From Burkholderiales bacterium (GTDB lineage: Bacteria; Pseudomonadota; Gammaproteobacteria; Burkholderiales; Burkholderiaceae_C), in NCBI GenBank assembly GCA_947451035.1, contig CANFXR010000003.1, forward strand, positions 221-64,220: a stretch of 64,000 bases of DNA, given 5' to 3'. Shown in pieces: positions 26,072 to 35,445 of this stretch. The notes beneath the pieces are model-generated. The model was not told where the DNA came from. It saw nothing but the letters and a program-made list of their open reading frames with translations, and ran no database searches. How positions within the stretch are numbered: the first letter of the stretch is position 1; each line of letters opens with the position of its first letter. The position numbers and the translations under genes are program-made.

Positions 26072-27415
26072 ATGCACAGCGCCGATCCGCGCCACGGGCA
26101 ACTGCTCAACGACGGCGTGCTCAAGCGCGAGGTGTTCGGCTGGGCGCTGTATGACTTCGCCAACTCGGGCTACACCACCGTCGTCCTGACGGCGGTGTTC
26201 AACGCCTACTTCGTGAGCGTGGTGGCCGACGGCGCGGCCTGGGGCACGCTGGCGTGGACGCTGGCGGTTGCCGCGTCGAGCCTGATCGCCATGCTGACGC
26301 TGCCGGCGCTCGGCGCCCACGCCGACCGCTACGCGGCCAAGAAGCGGCTGCTCGGGTTTTGCACCGTGGCCTGTGTGGTGGCCACCGCGGCGCTGGCCGA
26401 AGCCGGCCGCGGCGACCTGTGGCTGGCCGTGCTGGCGGTGATCGTGTCCAACGTGGCCTACACCTACGGCGAGGCGTTGATCGCCGCGTTTTTGCCCGAG
26501 CTGGCGCGCCCCGAATCGCTGGGCCGCGTGTCGGGCTGGGGCTGGAGCTTTGGCTACCTCGGCGGCATGCTGGCGCTCGGGCTGAGCCTGGCCTATGTGC
26601 TGGGCGCGCAGGCCCGCGGCGAGCCGGCCACCTCGTTCGTGCCGGTCACCATGCTGATCACCGCGGGCCTGTACGCGGTGGCCTCGCTGGGCACCTTCGT
26701 GCTGCTGCGCGAGCGCGCGGTGCCGCAGGCCGAGCGGGCGGCCACGGGCGCACGTGCCGCCACCGCCGTGGCCGACGAGGCCGATGCCTCGCTCGTGCGG
26801 CTGGCGCACAGCTGGCGGCTGGCGCGCAGCTACCGTGATTTCTCATGGCTGCTGCTGTGCGGTGCGTGCTACCAGGCCGGCATCTCGGTGGTGGTGGCGC
26901 TGGCCGCGGTGTACGCCGAGCAGGCGCTGGGCTTCAAGCAGGCCGACACCATGGCGCTGATCTTTCTGGTCAACATCGCCGCGGCCGGCGGGGCTTTCGG
27001 CTTTGGCTACTGGCAAGACCGCGTGGGCCACAAGCCGGCGCTGGCCGTCACGCTGGTCGGCTGGATCGTCATGACGGTGCTGGCGGTGGCGGCCACCGGG
27101 CCGGGTCTGTTCTGGTGTGCCGCGCTGCTTGCCGGGCTGTGCATGGGGTCGAGCCAGTCGGCCGGTCGTGCGATGGTCGCGCAGTTCAGCCCGCTGGCCC
27201 ACCGCGCCGAATTCTTCGGCCTGTGGACCTTCGCCATTCGCGCCTCGGCTGTGCTGGGGCTGCTCACCTACGGCGCGGTCACCTGGGCGACCGACGGCAA
27301 CCAGCGCCTGGCCATGGCCGCCACGGGGCTGTTTTTCGTCGGCGGCTTGCTGCTGCTGACCCGGGTGGACATCGCGCGCGGGCAGGATGCAGCGCGCGGC
27401 GAGGTGGCCGCTTGA
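26072..27415 (+). CDS. MFS transporter (UMF1/Atg22-like family)
   Basis: WALYDFANSGYTTVV N-terminal motif and about 12 TM helices. Confidence 0.75.
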   Translation: MHSADPRHGQLLNDGVLKREVFGWALYDFANSGYTTVVLTAVFNAYFVSVVADGAAWGTLAWTLAVAASSLIAMLTLPALGAHADRYAAKKRLLGFCTVACVVATAALAEAGRGDLWLAVLAVIVSNVAYTYGEALIAAFLPELARPESLGRVSGWGWSFGYLGGMLALGLSLAYVLGAQARGEPATSFVPVTMLITAGLYAVASLGTFVLLRERAVPQAERAATGARAATAVADEADASLVRLAHSWRLARSYRDFSWLLLCGACYQAGISVVVALAAVYAEQALGFKQADTMALIFLVNIAAAGGAFGFGYWQDRVGHKPALAVTLVGWIVMTVLAVAATGPGLFWCAALLAGLCMGSSQSAGRAMVAQFSPLAHRAEFFGLWTFAIRASAVLGLLTYGAVTWATDGNQRLAMAATGLFFVGGLLLLTRVDIARGQDAARGEVAA

Positions 27416-27440
27416 CGTCGATGTCCCGGCCGGTGATCCC

Positions 27441-28496
27441 ATGCGACTGACCCAGCTGCGCCAGCGACTGCGCGATCACGGCGCCTTGCCGTGTCACGAA
27501 CACCGCGTGCTGCGGCTGTGGTCGCAGGCCTTGGCGCAAGACAGCCCGCGGCGCAAGCCGCAAGACTTTCTGCCGCTGTCGGTGCGCACCGAGCTGCCGG
27601 CGCTCGAGGCCGATCTGAATGGGCTGGCGAGGCTGATTTCCGAGCACCCGGCCGATGATGGTTCGGCGCGCTTGCTGGTCGGGCTGCACGATGGCCAGAC
27701 GGTCGAATCGGTGCTGCTGCCGCGCGACGGCCTGTGCGTGTCGACGCAGGTCGGCTGCGCGGTGGGTTGCGTGTTTTGCATGACCGGCCAGAGCGGCTTG
27801 CTGCGCCAGCTGGGCAGCGCCGAGATCGTCGCGCAAGTGGCGCTGGCGCGGCGGCTGCGCGTGGTCAAGAAGGTGGTGTTCATGGGCATGGGCGAGCCCG
27901 CGCACAACCTCGACAACGTGATGGAGGCGATCACGCTGCTCGGCCATGAAGGCGGCATCGGCCACAAGAGCCTGGTGTTTTCGACGGTGGGCGACCGGCG
28001 CGCCTTCGAGCAACTGGCCGCCGCGCCGGTCAAGCCCGCGCTGGCGTTGTCGCTGCACACCACCAAGGCCGCGCTGCGCGCCGAGCTGCTGCCGCGCGCG
28101 CCGCTGATCGACCCCGAAGAACTGGTGGAACTCGCCGAGCGTTACGCGCTGGCCACCGGCTACCCGGTGCAGTACCAGTGGACGCTGCTGGCCGGCATCA
28201 ACGACGGCGACGACGAGCTCGATGGCATCGTGAGGCTGCTCGCGGGCAAGCGCGCCATCATGAACATGATTCCGTACAACGCGGTCGACGGGCTGGGTTT
28301 TGCGCGGCCGGCCGACGAGCGCTCGGCGCACATCGCACGCTCATTGCATCAGCGCGGCGTGCTGACCAAGTTGCGCCAGTCGGCCGGGCAGGACATCGAC
28401 GGCGGTTGCGGCCAGCTGCGCGCCCGCGCCGCACCGGCGCTGCACACCGTCACGCTGCACCGCAGCGCGCCGCGCGCTGTGGCGCCGCCGCGCTGA
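27441..28496 (+). CDS. RlmN/Cfr-family radical-SAM RNA methyltransferase paralog
   Basis: CAVGCVFC (CxxxCxxC) cluster, FMGMGEP, and a C-terminal GGCGQL catalytic-Cys motif. Confidence 0.75.
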   Translation: MRLTQLRQRLRDHGALPCHEHRVLRLWSQALAQDSPRRKPQDFLPLSVRTELPALEADLNGLARLISEHPADDGSARLLVGLHDGQTVESVLLPRDGLCVSTQVGCAVGCVFCMTGQSGLLRQLGSAEIVAQVALARRLRVVKKVVFMGMGEPAHNLDNVMEAITLLGHEGGIGHKSLVFSTVGDRRAFEQLAAAPVKPALALSLHTTKAALRAELLPRAPLIDPEELVELAERYALATGYPVQYQWTLLAGINDGDDELDGIVRLLAGKRAIMNMIPYNAVDGLGFARPADERSAHIARSLHQRGVLTKLRQSAGQDIDGGCGQLRARAAPALHTVTLHRSAPRAVAPPR

Positions 28497-28526
28497 TCCG
28501 CCACAGCGTTCAACGCTGCGGCGCGG

Positions 28527-31085
28527 TCAGAGATTGCTGCTGGCGCGCACTTCCTCGAGCGAGGTGATGCCTTGCAGCACCTTTTCGATGCCGTCCTGGC
28601 GCAGCGTGCGCATGCCTTCGCTCATGGCCACGCGCTGCAACTCCTCGGCACGTGAGCCCGTCTGGATCATGCGGCGAATCCCGGGCGACACCGTGAGCAA
28701 CTCGTGCAGGCCGGCGCGGCCACGCTGACCGGTCTGGTTGCACGTGGCGCACCCGCTGCTCGAGTGGTGCATCAGCCGGCCCGAATCGCCAAAGCGTTCG
28801 GTCCAGTCCGCGCGCAGCGCCTCGCGGGTGAACAGCGGGTTGTCCTTCGGGCTGGTGTGCAGGTAGTCGGCCAGCAGCTCCTCGATTTCTTCTTCGGTGG
28901 CCGGCCGGCTGGTGAGGCAGGCCGTGCACAGGCGGCGCACCAGGCGCTGCGCCAGCACGACGAGCAGCGCGTCGGCGAAGTTGAACGGGTCCATGCCCAT
29001 GTCGAGCAATCGCGTCACGGTCTCGGGCGCGCTGTTGGTGTGCAGCGTGGACAGCACCAGGTGGCCGGTGAGCGAGGCCTCGACGGCCATGTGCGAAGTG
29101 TCCTGGTCGCGGATTTCGCCGACCATGATCACGTCCGGGTCGGCGCGCAGGAACGCGCGCAGCGCCTTGGCAAAGGTCCAGTCGATCCGCGGGTTGATCT
29201 GCACCTGGCGCAGTCCGGCCTGCGTGATCTCGATCGGGTCTTCGGCCGTCCAGATCTTGCGCTCGGGCACGTTGATGTAGCTCAGCGCCGAGTGCAGCGT
29301 GGTCGTCTTGCCCGAGCCGGTCGGCCCCACGCACAGCACCAGGCCGTAGGGGCGCTGGATGGCGCGCGTGAGCTGCTGGAAGTTGTGCTCGGTCAGACCG
29401 ATGCGGTCGAGTGGCATCGGCTTGGCCGACGTCAGGATGCGCATCACCACGTCTTCGAGGTTGCTGTGGGTGGGGATGGTCGCCACGCGCAGTTCGATGC
29501 GGTGCTGCGGCATGAACTTGGCGAAGTTGATCTTGCCGTCTTGCGGCTTGCGGCGCTCGGAGATGTCGAGGTCGCACATGATCTTCAGGCGGGCCACCAG
29601 CGCGCTGCGGTAGGTGGGCGGCAGCTCGAGGTAGGTGCGCAAGGCGCCGTCCTTGCGAAAGCGGATGCGGATCTTCTCGCGCCCCGGGTAGCTTTCGATG
29701 TGGATGTCGGACACGCCCTCACGGTGCGCCTCGACGATCATGTTGTTGATCAGCCGCACCAGCGAGTTGTCCGACTGCTCGATGGGCTTGTCTTCGTGCG
29801 ATGTGTCTTCGTTCTCGCGCTCGAGGCTCTCGACCAGTTGGTCGGTGCCGAACGCCGGCAGCGTATCGTCTTCGGATCGATCTTGCGGGGTCGCGCGCGG
29901 TCCGGTGGCCGCGCCGATCTGGTCGTAGGCCGCGTGCGTGCGCTCGTCCATCGAGCGGGACTGCCCGAGCACCGGCAGCACCTTCATCTGCGCCGAGAAC
30001 TCGGCCTCGTCGACCGCCTCGCGGCGGCGTGCGGGGTCGTCCAGCGCCACGACCAGGCGGCCCTCATGAACCAGCAGCGGCAGCATGCGCAGCCGCATGG
30101 CCACGGCGTAGGGCAGCTTGCGCAGCGCCTCGGCCTCGACCGGGAATGCATCCACGTCGACCAGCGGGTAGCCCATCTTGCGGGCCATCGCCACTTGCAG
30201 GTCGGGCCGCGTGACCACCCCGCTGCGCACCAGGATCTCGCCCAGCGGCACGCCGCGGTCGATTTCCTGCTGGCGCAGCGCGGCCTGCAAGTCGTTGATG
30301 TCGATCAGGCCCAGCGACATCAGCGCCTCGCCGATGCGCACCATGGGCATGCGCGACTGCTGATCGAGCGCGCTGACCAGCTGCCCGGGCGTGACGATGT
30401 TGCGCGACACCAGGATGTCGCCCAGCCGTTTCTCGCGCATGTGGCGCTGCTGCTCGGCTGCGCGCTCGACCTGAAGCGGCGTGGCGGACTTTTGCTCGAT
30501 CAGCACTTCGCCGATGCGCTGGCCGATGTCAAACGATGCGAATGCGCCGCTGGGCACAAAGGTACGCAACACCTCGCCCGAGTCGCCCTCGGGCTGGAAC
30601 AGGAACAGGCCGTACGGCGTTTCGATGTGGCCAACGGTCGAGCCGGACCACTCGCCGCCTTGTTTCCAGACCAGCTTGAAGGTCGTGGGCTTGCCGGGCG
30701 ACAGCGCCAGCCCGTTGGGCTCACCGTCTTCCAGGGGCTGAGGCGCCAATGTCGTGGTCAGCGTCAGCGAGCGGAACTGCTCGAAGCGCAGCAGCAATTC
30801 GGAGCGCGAGGGCGGCAGTTGCACCCAGGCGGAACGCCGGTCGGGCAGGAACGAACTCACGTGGCCTTGCATGTGCTTGTCGTTGAGACCGACGATGGTG
30901 CAAGGCAGCGGGCCCGACTGCGGCTCGGCCATCGGATAGATCGCAAACGGCGGCGCCGGCCAGCAAAACGCCGGGGCGTTGTGCTCGGTGTCTTCAGGCA
31001 CGGCCGGGTCGGTCAGGTCGACGGCGGCCGCCTCGTCAGTGCGATCGCGGTTGCTGCGCTTGGATGATGTCGTCATGTTGGCCAC
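28527..31085 (-). CDS. GspE/PilB-family secretion ATPase with a long N-terminal extension (852 aa)
   Basis: Walker A GPTGSGKTTT, Asp/His boxes and a tetracysteine motif (CTAC...CATC). T2SSE_N/MshEN-like repeats span aa 190-303. The first 189 aa have no motif I recognise. Start is GTG 31085 or ATG 31076. Confidence 0.85.
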   Translation of the reverse strand: MANMTTSSKRSNRDRTDEAAAVDLTDPAVPEDTEHNAPAFCWPAPPFAIYPMAEPQSGPLPCTIVGLNDKHMQGHVSSFLPDRRSAWVQLPPSRSELLLRFEQFRSLTLTTTLAPQPLEDGEPNGLALSPGKPTTFKLVWKQGGEWSGSTVGHIETPYGLFLFQPEGDSGEVLRTFVPSGAFASFDIGQRIGEVLIEQKSATPLQVERAAEQQRHMREKRLGDILVSRNIVTPGQLVSALDQQSRMPMVRIGEALMSLGLIDINDLQAALRQQEIDRGVPLGEILVRSGVVTRPDLQVAMARKMGYPLVDVDAFPVEAEALRKLPYAVAMRLRMLPLLVHEGRLVVALDDPARRREAVDEAEFSAQMKVLPVLGQSRSMDERTHAAYDQIGAATGPRATPQDRSEDDTLPAFGTDQLVESLERENEDTSHEDKPIEQSDNSLVRLINNMIVEAHREGVSDIHIESYPGREKIRIRFRKDGALRTYLELPPTYRSALVARLKIMCDLDISERRKPQDGKINFAKFMPQHRIELRVATIPTHSNLEDVVMRILTSAKPMPLDRIGLTEHNFQQLTRAIQRPYGLVLCVGPTGSGKTTTLHSALSYINVPERKIWTAEDPIEITQAGLRQVQINPRIDWTFAKALRAFLRADPDVIMVGEIRDQDTSHMAVEASLTGHLVLSTLHTNSAPETVTRLLDMGMDPFNFADALLVVLAQRLVRRLCTACLTSRPATEEEIEELLADYLHTSPKDNPLFTREALRADWTERFGDSGRLMHHSSSGCATCNQTGQRGRAGLHELLTVSPGIRRMIQTGSRAEELQRVAMSEGMRTLRQDGIEKVLQGITSLEEVRASSNL
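30177..30518 (-). other. Four tandem 30-aa MshEN-like (putative c-di-GMP-binding) motif units inside the ATPase
   Basis: The units are RIGEVLIEQKSATPLQVERAAEQQ, RLGDILVSRNIVTPGQLVSALDQQ, RIGEALMSLGLIDINDLQAALRQQ and PLGEILVRSGVVTRPDLQVAMARK. They start at aa 190, 220, 250 and 280. The comparison motif is RLGxx(LVI)(LVI)xxG(LVI)(LVI)xxxxLxxxLxxQ. Confidence 0.5.
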
Positions 31086-31230
31086 GAGAAATAGTCGGTG
31101 TCGATCGTCGGGAATGGCGCGTGGCCCGAGGCGAACCCACGCCCCTGCACGAGTGACGAACCCTCAGCGTGATATTTGCCGCAAAAAGGACGCGTTGGTG
31201 CCCTGATCTGCAGTGGGTTGTACACGCATA

Positions 31231-31542
31231 TCAGGGTTTTTCAGGTTTTCCCCGACGTTTGATCTCATGGCGCAGCGAACTCAGCAGCGGCCAGACCGCC
31301 AGCGCCAGTCGCACGATGCGACCGAGCCGCACACGCCGCCCCAGCAGCACGCCCAAGGGGGCGCCGATCAGCGCGGCCGGTGCCAGCCAGCTGCGCCAGC
31401 GCTCGACCCACCCGCCGGCGGCTTGCAGCGGTGCTGCGATCGCCTGACATCGGGCTTGCAGCGACTCGCGCTGACTCGCGGCGCGCGCCACCAGATGTTG
31501 GCGCCTGCGCTCGAGCAACCTCAGGCGCTCATCAAGCTTCAT
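31231..31542 (-). CDS. YqjK-like small membrane protein
   Basis: 103 aa with a coiled N-terminus and one TM helix. The ATG overlaps the upstream stop (ATGA). The family call is from memory. Confidence 0.5.
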   Translation of the reverse strand: MKLDERLRLLERRRQHLVARAASQRESLQARCQAIAAPLQAAGGWVERWRSWLAPAALIGAPLGVLLGRRVRLGRIVRLALAVWPLLSSLRHEIKRRGKPEKP

Positions 31543-31907
31543 TCGCTGGCCGGCTGCGCTCGCAGCGAGTCCGCGTCGCGTTGCAACTCGGCCACGGTGG
31601 CCGCCATGAAGGGCGGCCGGTTGACCAGCCGCTCATGCCAGCGCCGGGCGCTGACCAGCGTGGCGATCGCCGAAGCCACTGCCACGCTGCCGATGGCGAG
31701 CAGACGGTGGCTGTCCCACAGCAGCACGATCACGAAGGTGGCCAACAGCAGCACCGTGATGCCCAGCAGCAGCAGCGTGGCGATGGTCGAGATCAACAGC
31801 CCGATCAGGCGCAACCGCTCTTCGTCGAATTCGGTGGCGGCCAGCTCGATGCGCGTGGCGCCGGCGTCGATCAGCAAGGCCAGGGAAGAACGCAGCGATT
31901 CCAGCAT
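31539..31907 (-). CDS. YqjE-like / phage-holin-family membrane protein
   Basis: 122 aa with two TM helices (LIGLLISTIATLLLLGITVLLLATFVIVLL.. and ..LLAIGSVAVASAIATLV). Confidence 0.5.
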   Translation of the reverse strand: MLESLRSSLALLIDAGATRIELAATEFDEERLRLIGLLISTIATLLLLGITVLLLATFVIVLLWDSHRLLAIGSVAVASAIATLVSARRWHERLVNRPPFMAATVAELQRDADSLRAQPASE

Positions 31908-31934
31908 CGAAGGGCTCCCGTTGAGGTGGCCGGC

Positions 31935-32807
31935 TCAGTCGCGCGGCCGGTACACGATGGTCATGCCAGGTGGCACCTTACCGTTTTCGTCGCGCGGCAA
32001 CACCTCGGTGCGCTCAATGGCACGCAAGACAGCCTCGTCCCATTCGGGCACACCACTGCGCTTGACGATGCGGCTGGACATGATGCGCCCGTCAGGCGCC
32101 AGCCGGATGTCGATTTCGACGGCGGGGTTGCCCGGCAGGGTGTCGGGGAACGACACGTTCGGGCGGATGCGGCCCTTGATGCGACCCAGGTAATCGGCGC
32201 TCGGCCCGGCGCTTTGCAGCGCGCTGCCGGTGGCCGTGGGCGCGCCGGTGGCGCCAGCCAGCCCGGCCAGCCGCTGCATCTGCTTGTCGCGCGCGGCGGC
32301 CAGGGCGGCGGTTTGCGCCTCGTCGCGCTTTTTCTTGTCGAGCTCGGCGCGGCGCTTGTCGGCGGCCTCGTCCTTGCGCTTTTGCTCGGCGAGCTTTTCA
32401 GCCTCGCGTGCGGCGGCTTCCTTGGCGGCCTGCTTCGCGGCTTGCTTGGCCAGTTCCTTCTTGCGTTTGGCCTTTTCGATGGCGATCTGCGCGTCGGGTT
32501 CGGGCGCCACCACGGGGGCGGCCTGGACCGGCTCGGGCGGCGGCTCGATCTTGGGTTCGGGGGCGGGTGGCGGTGGCGGCGGGGGTTCGGGCTCGGCCGG
32601 TCGCGGTGCGGCCATTTGCGGCACCGAGGCCCACAGCTCGGCTTCGATGCCTTCGGGCGGGCTCACATGCCAGCTCACACCCACCGACAGCGCCACGACC
32701 AGCAGCAAGTGCGCGGCCACCGCGAACGCCAGCCCACGGCCGAACGCATCCGGCGCGTGCGGCCTGAACGCGTCGCGTTCGAGGGTGGCGCGGGCGCTCA
32801 TCGTCAT
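31935..32807 (-). CDS. tolA: Cell envelope integrity protein TolA
   Basis: N-terminal TM helix, Pro-rich segment, then a long Ala/Lys/Glu-rich helix (KKELAKQAAKQAAKEAAAREAEK) and a C-terminal TolA domain. It follows tolQ-tolR. Confidence 0.85.
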   Translation of the reverse strand: MTMSARATLERDAFRPHAPDAFGRGLAFAVAAHLLLVVALSVGVSWHVSPPEGIEAELWASVPQMAAPRPAEPEPPPPPPPAPEPKIEPPPEPVQAAPVVAPEPDAQIAIEKAKRKKELAKQAAKQAAKEAAAREAEKLAEQKRKDEAADKRRAELDKKKRDEAQTAALAAARDKQMQRLAGLAGATGAPTATGSALQSAGPSADYLGRIKGRIRPNVSFPDTLPGNPAVEIDIRLAPDGRIMSSRIVKRSGVPEWDEAVLRAIERTEVLPRDENGKVPPGMTIVYRPRD

Positions 32808-32829
32808 CGCCGGGGTGATGGCGCGCGCC

Positions 32830-33258
32830 TCAGCCGCCGTTCTTCACCGACAGGCCCACGCGCTGCACACCGGCGTGCTGCAGCGTGTCCATCAGCTTGA
32901 CCACGGCTTCGTACTTGACGTTGCGGTCGGCCGAGATCACCACCGGCGTGTTGGCATCGCCCGCCTGCAGCTCGCGCACGCGCTCGGCGATCTTGTTCAG
33001 CGGCACCACCACGCCGTCTTCCTGGCCGTCGAGCTTGATGCGAAACACTGCGTCGCTCTTGATGATCAGTTCGACCACGTGCTCGGGGCGCTGCTTGCTC
33101 TTGCCCACGCTGGGCAGATCGACCACGCCGGTGGTGATCAGCGGCGCGCTCACCATGAAGATGATCAGCAGCACCAGCATCACGTCGATGAACGGCACCA
33201 TGTTGATCTCGTTGATGGTGCGGCGGCGCCCGCCACCGCGATGGCTGACGGCCGGCAT
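32830..33258 (-). CDS. tolR: TolR (ExbD/TolR family)
   Basis: INMVPFIDVMLVLLIIFM motif. 142 aa. Confidence 0.9.
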   Translation of the reverse strand: MPAVSHRGGGRRRTINEINMVPFIDVMLVLLIIFMVSAPLITTGVVDLPSVGKSKQRPEHVVELIIKSDAVFRIKLDGQEDGVVVPLNKIAERVRELQAGDANTPVVISADRNVKYEAVVKLMDTLQHAGVQRVGLSVKNGG

Positions 33259-33259
33259 C

Positions 33260-33958
33260 TCAGTGCGCTCCGGCCACGGCGGCGGTCTGGCCGACGTTGC
33301 GCTGCAAGATGTTGGAGAACTCCTCGATGAAGGTCTCCATCTGCATGGCGATGCGGTCGATGTCGCGGGCGAAGCGGTTGTAGGCGATCACCGCGGGGAT
33401 CGCCGCAAACAGGCCGATGGCGGTGGCCACCAGCGCTTCGGCGATGCCCGGCGCCACCGAGGCCAGCGACACCTGCGTCAGCGTGGCCAGCCCGATGAAG
33501 GCATGCATGATTCCCCACACCGTGCCGAACAGCCCCACGTAGGGCGACACCGAGCCCACCGACGCCAGGAACGACAGGTTCGATTCGATGGTGTCGAGCT
33601 CGCGCTGGAAGCTCGCGCGCATGGCGCGGCGTGCGCCGTCGAGCAGCGCGCCCGAATCGGCGACGCGGCGCTCGCGCAGCTTCATGAATTCGCGCATGCC
33701 CGAGGCGAACAAGCGCTCCATCGGCGCGGACGTGTCGGCGTGCCTGGCGGCCTCGTCGTACAGGTCGTTGAGGTTCTTGCCGGCCCAGAACTCGCGCTCG
33801 AAGTTCTCGTTCTGGCTGCGCACGCGGCGCAAGCCGAACAGCTTGCTGAAGATCACCGACCAGCTGGTCAGCGAGGTGATCAAAAGGCCGGCCATCACGA
33901 GTTGCACCACCAGGCTGGCGTGCAGCACGAGGCTGAGGATCGACATGTCTTGGTTCAT
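33260..33958 (-). CDS. tolQ: TolQ (MotA/TolQ/ExbB family)
   Basis: ATG 33958. Three TM helices. C-terminal APGIAEALVATAIGLFAAIPAVIAYN motif. Confidence 0.9.
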   Translation of the reverse strand: MNQDMSILSLVLHASLVVQLVMAGLLITSLTSWSVIFSKLFGLRRVRSQNENFEREFWAGKNLNDLYDEAARHADTSAPMERLFASGMREFMKLRERRVADSGALLDGARRAMRASFQRELDTIESNLSFLASVGSVSPYVGLFGTVWGIMHAFIGLATLTQVSLASVAPGIAEALVATAIGLFAAIPAVIAYNRFARDIDRIAMQMETFIEEFSNILQRNVGQTAAVAGAH

Positions 33959-33962
33959 GGGG

Positions 33963-34379
33963 TCACCGGGGTGAGGTCTGTGTAAGGGCGTTGGTGATGC
34001 CGGCCGGAATGCGCCGCAGCGCGAACCTGGCGGTGTCGACGCAGGCGATGCGGATGCTGCCTTCGGCGAGCAGCTCATCACCGCGCCAGGCCTGCTGCTC
34101 GATGGTGATGGACGCTCGCGCCACCACGGCCAGGCGCACGGTGACGGTGAGCCAGTCGTCGAGTCGCGCCGGGCGCAAGTAGCGCACGGAGGTTTCGCTG
34201 ACGACGAAGGCCGCCGCATCGTCCACGCGCATGCGTTCCTGGCTGAAGCCCAGCGAGCGCAGCCATTCGGTGCGCGCGCGCTCGAAGAATTTCAGGTAGT
34301 TGGCGAAGAACACCACGCCGCCGGCGTCGGTGTCTTCCCAGTAGACGCGCAGCCCGATGTCGAAGTCGCGTGGCGTCAT
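33963..34379 (-). CDS. ybgC: Tol-Pal-associated acyl-CoA thioesterase YbgC
   Basis: The 4HBT hotdog motif VYWEDTDAGGVVFFANYLKFFE. Positioned immediately upstream of tolQ. Confidence 0.85.
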   Translation of the reverse strand: MTPRDFDIGLRVYWEDTDAGGVVFFANYLKFFERARTEWLRSLGFSQERMRVDDAAAFVVSETSVRYLRPARLDDWLTVTVRLAVVARASITIEQQAWRGDELLAEGSIRIACVDTARFALRRIPAGITNALTQTSPR

Positions 34380-34429
34380 GCGTGCAGGCAGATCACCGCG
34401 CCGATCAGGGTCTGGCCCGACACCCCGGC

Positions 34430-34960
34430 TCAGCGCCGGGCTGCGCGCGCAGCCTCGACTTCGACGGCGCGCAAGTCGGCCGCGGTCTTGTCGATCACGC
34501 CGTTGACGAACTTGTGGCCGTCGGTGCCGCCGAAGCTCTTGGCGAGCTCGACCGCTTCGTTGATGACCACGCGGTAGGGGATGTCGATGCAGTGCGTGAG
34601 CTCGTACACGCCGATCATCAGCACGCCGTGCTCGACCGGCGACAGCTCGCTGAGCTTGCGGTCGACGTGGCGTGCGAGCGCGACATCGATGCTTTCGGAC
34701 TCGGCGATGCAGCCACTGAGCAGCGCGTCGAAGTGCTCTGCATCGCAGGGATCGAAGTTGACCTGTTCACGCATGTGGGCGCTGATCACCGACGTCTTTT
34801 CGCGCGACAGCAGCCACTCGTACAGGCCTTGCAGCGCCAGTTCGCGCGAGCGCCGGCGCAGCGACTTCTGCGAGGTCTTGGACGACTTGGGCGCGGGCTT
34901 GGGCGGTGCGGCGTCGGCGCCGGGCGCTTCGGTGGTGGCTGGCAATTCGGTGTCGATCAC
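34430..34960 (-). CDS. nusB: Transcription antitermination factor NusB
   Basis: [15 protein letters not shown] signature. The GTG start overlaps the ribH stop (GTGA). Confidence 0.85.
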   Translation of the reverse strand: MIDTELPATTEAPGADAAPPKPAPKSSKTSQKSLRRRSRELALQGLYEWLLSREKTSVISAHMREQVNFDPCDAEHFDALLSGCIAESESIDVALARHVDRKLSELSPVEHGVLMIGVYELTHCIDIPYRVVINEAVELAKSFGGTDGHKFVNGVIDKTAADLRAVEVEAARAARR

Positions 34961-35421
34961 GAGAGCTTGTCCATCAAATGAGCCATTTCAACGGCCACGC
35001 GTGCGGCGTCGCGGCTCTTTTCTTCGGCGCGGGCCCAGGCCTGCGCTTCGTCGTCCACGGTGAGGATGGCGTTGGCCACCGGCAGCACGTGGTCGAGCGA
35101 CACGCGGCTGACGCCCGAGCCGCTTTCATTGGCGACCAACTCGAAGTGATACGTGTCACCGCGGATCACGCAGCCCAGCGCGATCAGCGCGTCGTAGTTG
35201 GCGCTGTCGGCCATGGCCATCAGCGCCACCGGAATTTCCAGCGCGCCGGGCACGGTCACGTGCTCGATCGACTCGGCGTCCACGCCCAGCGCCTTCAACT
35301 CGGCGATGCACGCTTCGGCCATGCGGTTGGTGATGGGCGCGTTGAAGCGCGCCTGCACGATGCCGATGCAGAAGTCTGCGCCGTCGAGGGGGGCCGGGTG
35401 GCCGGTGTCAGCACCTTGCAT
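34957..35421 (-). CDS. ribH: 6,7-dimethyl-8-ribityllumazine synthase
   Basis: [33 protein letters not shown] motifs. Confidence 0.9.
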   Translation of the reverse strand: MQGADTGHPAPLDGADFCIGIVQARFNAPITNRMAEACIAELKALGVDAESIEHVTVPGALEIPVALMAMADSANYDALIALGCVIRGDTYHFELVANESGSGVSRVSLDHVLPVANAILTVDDEAQAWARAEEKSRDAARVAVEMAHLMDKLS

Positions 35422-35445
35422 GGGAAGTCCTTGGGGGTTGGTTCA

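Noticed and set aside
31195-31232. Inverted repeat ccctgat...atcaggg followed by TTTTT, overlapping the yqjK-like stop codon, as a possible terminator.
   Set aside because: The T-run is on the plus strand, where no gene ends. On the coding (minus) strand the hairpin is preceded by an A-run rather than followed by U residues. The loop is 22 nt.
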